Shown here one piece after another: positions 55,999 to 64,000 of a stretch of DNA of 64,000 nucleotides; the stretch's first letter is position 1, and each line of letters starts with the position of its first letter. The position numbers and the translations under genes were made by a program. Under the pieces are notes generated by a model, which saw only the letters and a program-made list of their open reading frames with translations, had not been told where the DNA came from and did not search any database. The stretch comes from a candidate division WOR-3 bacterium (lineage in GTDB: Bacteria; Hydrothermota; Tepidihabitantia; Tepidihabitantales; DTDR01): contig JBDRVE010000003.1 of the NCBI GenBank assembly GCA_039801725.1, forward strand, positions 9,418 to 73,417, in the 5' to 3' direction.

Positions 55999-56477
55999 TT
56001 TTCGGGAATTTCTGGCAGGGAGTTTAACAAAAAGGTAATATAATTTGGCGCCTTTGGTTTTTTCAAAAGTTTTAAATTGGTTTCACTTAATCTTTTATTT
56101 CCTTTAAGAGTATTACACTCCACACAGGCACAGACTAAATTTTCCCATTCATCTTTTCCGCCAAAGGCCTTAGGTATTATGTGATCAGTGGTTAAAGGGA
56201 CATTCTTTCTTCCACAATATTGACAGGTGTAATTATCTCTTTTTAAAATATTTTTCCTTGTTAAAGGAATTTCTCTTCTTTTTACTTTTACATAATAAGA
56301 AAGGCGAATAACGCTAGGCATTACTAAACTGGTGCTTGGCGTTCTGATTTTTTTGCCATCTTCTGCTTCAATCAACTCTGCCTTCTTTAAAAACAATAAT
56401 TTCAATGCTTTCTTTAATTTACAGATTGTTAATGGCTCGTAATTGGCATTTAAAAGCAAAATCTTTTTCTCAAACAT
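55971..56477 (-). CDS. HNH endonuclease family protein
   Basis: 168 aa. CQYCGRKNVPLTTDHIIPKAFGGKDEWENLVCACVECNTLKGNK is a complete HNH zinc-finger nuclease motif. Confidence 0.8.
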   Translation of the reverse strand: MFEKKILLLNANYEPLTICKLKKALKLLFLKKAELIEAEDGKKIRTPSTSLVMPSVIRLSYYVKVKRREIPLTRKNILKRDNYTCQYCGRKNVPLTTDHIIPKAFGGKDEWENLVCACVECNTLKGNKRLSETNLKLLKKPKAPNYITFLLNSLPEIPENWRAYLFQK

Positions 56478-57640
56478 TATTCTTCAATTTTAATTCCTTG
56501 GAACCAAAGTTCTTCTTTTATTTTATCCATTATTATCTTAATTCTTTTGATTTCGTTTCTCGTATATTCAAAATAAGGGCTATCTTCTTTCACTTTATTA
56601 TAATTATTAATTGCTTCTTTATATAAATAATAAGCATCTTTTAACTGTTTATTTTTCTGTGCCTCTTCGGCTCTTCTTCTTTTAATATCGCCGGCAATAA
56701 CAAAAGCCACATCTAAATTAGGAGAGATTGCTAATGCCTTTCTTAATTCTTCCTCGGCTTTAGAGTAATTGCCCGTTTGTTGATAATAATCAGCCAGATG
56801 AATATGGGGCATCGGATCGTTAGGCGACAAATTTAATGCTCTATTAAACATCTCTAAAGCATTTTTATATTTCTTTTGCTTTAAATAGACATCACCAATT
56901 TTCAAAATTATTGCTACATTATTGGGATTTTTGGAAAGGATATAATTATATTCATTTATTGCTTTATCATATTCATTCAATTCAAACAATATATCACCAT
57001 ATTTTTCTCTCAAAGATAATTCTTCAGAATAACGGATAAGACATTTTTCAAACATACTTTTTGCCTCTTTAAACCTTTTTCTTCTGGTTAAAAACTCACC
57101 ATATTTATAAAAAATATCAAGTCTTTCCGGACAACGAGTAATCAAAAGAGAATATAAAGAATCTGCCTTCCTATCTTGATTGGTTTTTATATAAATCTCA
57201 GCCAAACCTAAATATAATTCCACATTAGTGGTATCAAGATTGATCCCTTTCATATATAAACTTTCCGCTTTATTTAAATTATTCAAAGAAAGATATAAAT
57301 CCCCTAAAGCCTCATAACCTTTGCTATTTTTGTTGTCAATCTTTAATGCTTTTAAATAATATTCTTCTGCTTTAGAAGCATCTCTCAGTTTTCGGTAGGT
57401 ATTACCAATTGCGATATAAACTTCGTAATAATTAGAGTCATAACTTAAAGCAGTATTAAAATTTTCTAAGGCTTTTTCCCATTCACTTTGTTTATAATAT
57501 TCCGCACCAATACTATAATATTTTTCTGCTTCTTTTCTTCTCTCTAAAAGTTCCTCTTCGGTATATTTTTTAACAGTGGTAGTTGGTGCACAGCTCAAAA
57601 TAAAGAATAGAATAAAAAGCACATTAGATATTTTTTTCAT
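56477..57640 (-). CDS. TPR-repeat lipoprotein
   Basis: Start moved to the ATG at 57640, which lies 6 nt after AAGGAG. It gives MKKISNVLFILFFILSC with a lipobox Cys. At least eight TPR-like repeats follow. Confidence 0.75.
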   Translation of the reverse strand: MKKISNVLFILFFILSCAPTTTVKKYTEEELLERRKEAEKYYSIGAEYYKQSEWEKALENFNTALSYDSNYYEVYIAIGNTYRKLRDASKAEEYYLKALKIDNKNSKGYEALGDLYLSLNNLNKAESLYMKGINLDTTNVELYLGLAEIYIKTNQDRKADSLYSLLITRCPERLDIFYKYGEFLTRRKRFKEAKSMFEKCLIRYSEELSLREKYGDILFELNEYDKAINEYNYILSKNPNNVAIILKIGDVYLKQKKYKNALEMFNRALNLSPNDPMPHIHLADYYQQTGNYSKAEEELRKALAISPNLDVAFVIAGDIKRRRAEEAQKNKQLKDAYYLYKEAINNYNKVKEDSPYFEYTRNEIKRIKIIMDKIKEELWFQGIKIEE

Positions 57641-57670
57641 TTTTTCTCCTTTTATTCTCATTTTATTATA

Positions 57671-57742
57671 TGGAGCCGACGGGATTCGAACCCGTGACCT
57701 TTTGACTGCCAGTCAAACGCGCTCCCACTGCGCCACGGCCCC
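57671..57742 (-). tRNA. tRNA-Ala (anticodon GGC)
   Basis: The 72-nt minus-strand sequence GGGGCCGTGGCGCAGTGGGAGCGCGTTTGACTGGCAGTCAAAAGGTCACGGGTTCGAATCCCGTCGGCTCCA folds as a cloverleaf. Anticodon loop is CUGGCAG. The G3:U70 alanine identity pair and the GGTTCGAAT T-loop are present. CCA is not encoded. Confidence 0.95.
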
Positions 57743-57788
57743 ATTATTAAATAAATTTAACTAAAATTTTTTAAAAAATCAATAAAAG

Positions 57789-58736
57789 TTAAATTAAAGC
57801 CGTTTTTAGGATTTTTAAAATAACTTCATCATAAGAGATACCGGCACATTCTGCTTCTTTTGGTAGGTCAGAAAGTTCGGTAAGTCCCGGTAAAGTATTT
57901 ATTTCTAAGAAATAGGGTTTTTGGTTATTCTTTACTACCAAATCAATTCGGGAATAACCTTTGGCACCAATAATTTTATGGGCTTTTAATGAAAGTTCTT
58001 GGATTTTTAAACTTGTTTTTTTGTCCAATCTTGCCGGTACGATAAATTCGGTTTCTCCTTTGGTATATTTTGCCTTATAAGAATAAAATCTTTCTTTCTT
58101 AGGAACCAGTTCTAAAATTGGTAAAGGTTTATCATCAAGAATTCCACAAGTGGCAATCATCCCTTCAATATACTCTTCAAAGAATATATCACCAAATTCT
58201 CTTCTTAAAATTTTTGTTCTTTGTATTAATTTCTTTTTGTTGTCAATAATTTCTACTCCGACACTCGAGCCTTCGTATCTTGGTTTAACGACAATAGGAA
58301 AACCTAATTTTTTTTCGGCTAAAGTTACTTTCTCTACCAAATCTTCGTTTCTATTTAGAGTAACAAATTTGGGCGTAGGGATTTTTCCATATTGAAATAG
58401 AATTTTTGTTAGTATTTTATCCATTCCCAAAGCCGAAGCCAAAACACCAGAGCCAGTATAAGGAATTCCGAGTAATTCTAAAAAACCCTGAATTGTGCCG
58501 TCTTCACCGGGTTTACCATGGAGGGCAATAAAGGCAATATCGATTTTCGCTTCGGTTATCTGTTTATGAAAATTTCGGCCAATATCAATAAGTTCATATT
58601 TTAAACCAATTCTTGCTAATGCCTTAGCAACATTCTTAGCAGTTAAAAGCGAAATCTCCCTTTCTTTTGACCAACCACCGCAGATAATTCCGATCTTTTT
58701 ATTTTTTAAATATTGAATTAACTTTTTATTGTTCAA
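57789..58736 (-). CDS. ddl: D-alanine--D-alanine ligase
   Basis: 315 aa. ATP-grasp fold with motifs HGKPGEDGTIQG, GSSVGV and LEINTLPG. Confidence 0.93.
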   Translation of the reverse strand: MNNKKLIQYLKNKKIGIICGGWSKEREISLLTAKNVAKALARIGLKYELIDIGRNFHKQITEAKIDIAFIALHGKPGEDGTIQGFLELLGIPYTGSGVLASALGMDKILTKILFQYGKIPTPKFVTLNRNEDLVEKVTLAEKKLGFPIVVKPRYEGSSVGVEIIDNKKKLIQRTKILRREFGDIFFEEYIEGMIATCGILDDKPLPILELVPKKERFYSYKAKYTKGETEFIVPARLDKKTSLKIQELSLKAHKIIGAKGYSRIDLVVKNNQKPYFLEINTLPGLTELSDLPKEAECAGISYDEVILKILKTALI

Positions 58737-58965
58737 AATGGATTATTGTGCAGGTAAGGGTTCTTTCTACTCCGGAAATGGTTTGGATTTTTTCAATCAC
58801 GATTCGACCCAAAGTATTAAAATCAGGAGCCTTAATTGTTGCGATGATATCAAAAGGTCCGGCAATTGCGTCCACATGGGTAATTTCTTTAATTTTTGAT
58901 AATTCTTCATACACATAACGAGCCTTACCTGCTTGGACATTAATTAAAATATATGCCTCTGCCAT
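58726..58965 (-). CDS. stand-alone Lrp/AsnC-type RAM (ligand-binding) domain protein
   Basis: 79 aa. The beta-alpha-beta-beta-alpha-beta pattern AYILINV..ELSKIKEITHVDAIAGPFDIIATI matches the AsnC C-terminal domain. There is no HTH. Confidence 0.7.
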   Translation of the reverse strand: MAEAYILINVQAGKARYVYEELSKIKEITHVDAIAGPFDIIATIKAPDFNTLGRIVIEKIQTISGVERTLTCTIIHFEQ

Positions 58966-58978
58966 TTTTAACTCCTTT

Positions 58979-59239
58979 TTAAAAAATTAATCCAGTAATA
59001 TCCTCTTTGCCAATTGCTACACAAGTTATTGTTTCGTCAACACCATCAATTGTTCTAATCTTTTCGTCCACGATTACGGCAATAGTTTCAATTTCTGTTG
59101 CTTGGATTATTGCAATAATATCGTAAGGACCCAGAACCATTTCTGCATATTGGACATTAGGAATTTGGAGTAATTTATTTAAAACCTCTTTTGTTTTTCC
59201 GGGTAGACAATTAATTAAAATAAAAGCTGTTCTTTTCAT
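58979..59239 (-). CDS. stand-alone Lrp/AsnC-type RAM domain protein (paralog)
   Basis: 86 aa. AFILINC..LLQIPNVQYAEMVLGPYDIIAIIQA follows the same pattern as its neighbour. Confidence 0.7.
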   Translation of the reverse strand: MKRTAFILINCLPGKTKEVLNKLLQIPNVQYAEMVLGPYDIIAIIQATEIETIAVIVDEKIRTIDGVDETITCVAIGKEDITGLIF

Positions 59240-59287
59240 TTTTTTCTAGTTAAGTTTAATTTTTAATTAAATTTAAATTTAAATTTT

Positions 59288-61545
<2,258 letters not shown>

Positions 61546-61550
61546 TTTAT

Positions 61551-62801
61551 TTATACCCAGCCACGAAGTTTCATTGCCTCAACAACTCTGGAAACGGCTA
61601 CTAAGTAGGCTGCTATTCTTGTGTTAACTTTTTTCTTCTCATACATTTCTACAACACTCCAGAAGGCTTTGGTCATTTTTTGGTCAAGTCTTTGGTGAAC
61701 TTCTTCTAAGGTCCAGTAATAACCAGTAATATTTTGAACCCATTCAAAATAAGAAACAGTAACACCACCAGCATTGCATAGAAAATCGGGAATCACAAAT
61801 ATTCCTTTGCTGTGTAAGATTTCGTCGGCTTCCGGCGTAGTAGGTCCATTAGCGGCTTCAGCAACAATTTTTGCTTTAATTCTTGGAGCATTATCCTTCG
61901 TAATCACATTTTCTAATGCTGCTGGCCAAAGTAAAGTCACATTAAGTTCCAAAAGTTCTTCATTAGTTATTTTATCTGCTTTTGGGTAGCCAACAACAGT
62001 TCCATTTTTATTTTTGAACTCTAACACATCATAAGGGTCAAGTCCATTTTTATTATAAATTCCACCTTGCGAATCAGAAACAGCAACGATTTTTGTGCCC
62101 AAGATTTCTTTGGAAAGGATAGCAGCAAAAGAGCCAGCATTACCATAGCCTTGCACGGCAGTTGGCGCATCTTTTAGGTCAATTTTTAAGTATTTTGCTG
62201 CTTCTCTGACAGTATAAATTCCACCACGAGCAGTAGCATCATTTCTTCCTAAAGAACCACCAAGGGGGACTGGTTTACCGGTAATCACACCCGGACAATA
62301 ATAACCACGAAGTTTAGAAAATTCATCCATCATCCAAGCCATAATCTGGGGGTCGGTATATACATCCGGTGCTGGAATATCTTTTTCTGGACCAATAAAT
62401 TCACCTAAAGCCCTAATATATCCCCTTGCCAATTGCTCTTTTTCCCTTAAAGACATCTCTTTCGGATTACAAACAACACCACCTTTACCACCACCATAAG
62501 GAAGGTCTAACAAAGCAGTTTTCCAAGTCATCCAAGCAGCCAAAGCCCTTACCGTATCAAGCGTCTCTTCTGGATGGAATCTAATGCCACCTTTACAAGG
62601 TCCTTTTGCATCATTATATTGGACTCGGAAGCCTTTAAACACTTTCACTTCACCGTTATCCATTCTAACGGGAATTAAAACCGTCATTTCCCGCATTGGC
62701 TCTCTTAAAATCTGATGGGTTGCCTTGTCAAGTTTTAAAATTTCTGCTGCTTGGTCAAGTTGTTTTTGGGCGATTTCAAAGGGGTTTAATTTTTCTGCCA
62801 T
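61551..62801 (-). CDS. gdhA: glutamate dehydrogenase
   Basis: 416 aa. Motifs [17 protein letters not shown] and QGYGNAG. A leader of about 40 nt with GGAGG precedes the ATG. Confidence 0.95.
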   Translation of the reverse strand: MAEKLNPFEIAQKQLDQAAEILKLDKATHQILREPMREMTVLIPVRMDNGEVKVFKGFRVQYNDAKGPCKGGIRFHPEETLDTVRALAAWMTWKTALLDLPYGGGKGGVVCNPKEMSLREKEQLARGYIRALGEFIGPEKDIPAPDVYTDPQIMAWMMDEFSKLRGYYCPGVITGKPVPLGGSLGRNDATARGGIYTVREAAKYLKIDLKDAPTAVQGYGNAGSFAAILSKEILGTKIVAVSDSQGGIYNKNGLDPYDVLEFKNKNGTVVGYPKADKITNEELLELNVTLLWPAALENVITKDNAPRIKAKIVAEAANGPTTPEADEILHSKGIFVIPDFLCNAGGVTVSYFEWVQNITGYYWTLEEVHQRLDQKMTKAFWSVVEMYEKKKVNTRIAAYLVAVSRVVEAMKLRGWV

Positions 62802-62842
62802 TATTCCTCCTTTTAATTTTAAAATTTAAATTTTTAACTTAA

Positions 62843-62870
62843 ATTATACTATTTTAAAAATAAAAATCAA
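62843..62870 (-). promoter_or_regulatory. sigma70-type promoter of the gdhA operon
   Basis: Minus strand TTGATT (62870-62865), N16, TATAAT (62848-62843). Confidence 0.55.
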
Positions 62871-62881
62871 ATAGATAGACT

Positions 62882-62910
62882 TTGCTAAAAACCAATTATT
62901 TTATTATAAT
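62882..62910 (+). promoter_or_regulatory. sigma70-type promoter of the 62916 ORF / tspO
   Basis: TTGCTA (62882-62887), N17, TATAAT (62905-62910), then 5 nt to the ATG at 62916. Confidence 0.5.
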
Positions 62911-62915
62911 AACTT

Positions 62916-63359
62916 ATGAAAAAGATTATAAAATATTTCAAGGAAGAATTTGGAATAGAGGAAGAGGTTTTTAAAGATTATGAGTTTTATGAATATAAAA
63001 ATAGTATCTATTTAATGACCAAAGAAGCAAAAGATTTTAACTGTGAAAAGATAATAAGAAAAGGGATAAGAATAGCGCGATTGGTAAGAAACGGAATAAA
63101 ACCAACAATTGATGGTATTCAGATTTTTGGTCGTTATGCGAAAAAGAACATTATCTATCTAACCGAAGAAGATTTAAAAAAAGTTCTTTTGGGACAAGAC
63201 CTTCATTTGGAATTAGATATACCCAATGGTTATAAGATATTATTCTACAAAAATTATCCGATTGGTGTTGGTTATTATCGGAATAAGAAGTTGAAAAACC
63301 AGATACCTCGTTCAAGAAGGATAAATTTAACAGACATCTCAATTTCCTTGAAAAAATAG
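62916..63359 (+). CDS. small hypothetical protein, possibly a stand-alone PUA-like / RsmF-C-terminal-like domain
   Basis: 147 aa. GIRIARLVRNGIKPTIDG ... GYKILFYKNYPIGVGYYRNKKLKNQIPRSRR resembles, by recall, the C-terminal domains of NOL1/NOP2/RsmF-type methyltransferases. No catalytic domain is present. Confidence 0.35.
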   Translation: MKKIIKYFKEEFGIEEEVFKDYEFYEYKNSIYLMTKEAKDFNCEKIIRKGIRIARLVRNGIKPTIDGIQIFGRYAKKNIIYLTEEDLKKVLLGQDLHLELDIPNGYKILFYKNYPIGVGYYRNKKLKNQIPRSRRINLTDISISLKK

Positions 63360-63381
63360 ATATTTTAGGTTAAAATCCTAA

Positions 63382-63855
63382 ATGGGTAAAATTTTAAAAT
63401 TATTGCTCTCAATTTTGATTTGCCAAGTTGCAGGAATTTTAGGTTCAATCTTTACTACTCCTGCCATTCCTACTTGGTATCTCCAACTTAATAAACCGCC
63501 TTTTACTCCACCAAATTGGCTATTTGCTCCGGCTTGGACGACACTTTTCTTACTAATGGGAATATCTTTATATTTAGTATGGAATCAAGGTTGGGAGAAT
63601 AAACAAGTAAAAAAGGCTATTCTTATTTTTGCTATTCAACTAATATTAAATATCCTCTGGTCATTTATCTTCTTCACCTTAAAATCCTTGCTTTTTGCCT
63701 TTATTGAGATAATTATTCTTTGGATAGCGATATTATTAACAATTATTAATTTTCAAAAGGTTTCCAAGCCATCTGCCTATCTTCTATTACCTTATCTTCT
63801 CTGGGTTAGTTTTGCTTCGGTATTAAACTTCTCACTACTAACTCTTAATTCATAA
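63382..63855 (+). CDS. tspO: TspO/MBR tryptophan-rich sensory protein
   Basis: 157 aa with five TM segments. Motifs WYLQLNKPPFTPPNWLFAPAWTTLF and LLPYLLWVSFASVLN. Confidence 0.85.
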   Translation: MGKILKLLLSILICQVAGILGSIFTTPAIPTWYLQLNKPPFTPPNWLFAPAWTTLFLLMGISLYLVWNQGWENKQVKKAILIFAIQLILNILWSFIFFTLKSLLFAFIEIIILWIAILLTIINFQKVSKPSAYLLLPYLLWVSFASVLNFSLLTLNS

Positions 63856-64000
63856 GCAGAGTTTTTTGTCGCTGGTTAAAATATCGTTACTAATCAATCC
63901 CAAAATATAAATATACTATTAAATCTTAATCTCTAATTAAAACACTAATCTTTTCATTCTTGAAAACTGAAATGAAAAAATTATTAATTTCTTCGTTGTT

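Noticed and set aside
63972-64000. Possible start of a plus-strand gene (ATGAAAAAATTATTAATTTCTTCGTTGTT, signal-peptide-like MKKLLISSLL)
   Set aside because: Only 9 codons are visible before the window ends and no promoter or SD geometry was recognised. This is too little to call.

Overview
AT-rich, very compact bacterial chromosome segment. It holds about 58 protein genes, one tRNA-Ala and one 6S-like RNA, and many genes overlap by 1-30 nt. G+C content was judged by eye, not computed.

Content is almost entirely housekeeping:
- Central metabolism: gap-pgk-tpiA, metK-ahcY, purM, accA, gdhA-nfnAB.
- Translation: thrS-infC-rpmI-rplT-pheS, a separated pheT, and proS.
- RNA metabolism, cell division, repair and envelope: rny-ymdB, zapA, rng, era, uvrA, polX, ddl, uppP.
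- Other: hypAB, nnr, tspO.

Lineage hints point to an uncultured FCB-superphylum-like diderm:
- Three secreted proteins carry type IX secretion (T9SS) C-terminal sorting domains.
- An adjacent PorY-like kinase and PorX-like (receiver + PglZ) regulator are present.
- An ExbB-ExbD-ExbD-TonB cluster is present.
- Promoters look like canonical sigma70 TTGACA/TATAAT, not Bacteroidetes-type.

I found no transposase, integrase, phage, CRISPR-cas, toxin-antitoxin or recognisable defence genes, and I cannot point to a self-evident new multi-gene system.

Signals the gene list does not explain:
1. Four unusually long gene-free spacers (412-858 bp) share a mosaic of short repeated modules, including a 4 x 24-bp dyad-symmetric tandem array.
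2. First genes of operons repeatedly start 5-10 nt after a near-consensus -10 box, which implies leaderless mRNAs. Internal and highly expressed genes carry strong GGAGG sites instead.
3. A tandem-duplicated ThyX has complementary motif decay in its two halves.
4. A compositionally odd, Cys-rich UDG-superfamily-like gene is coupled to purM and polX.
5. Several conserved but unexplained gene pairings occur: rSAM fusion with RNase G, alpha-oxoamine synthase with a GNAT-like acyltransferase, and gdhA-nfnAB with two stand-alone RAM-domain proteins.

All protein calls rest on motifs read from the supplied translations and recalled family knowledge. No database search was run.
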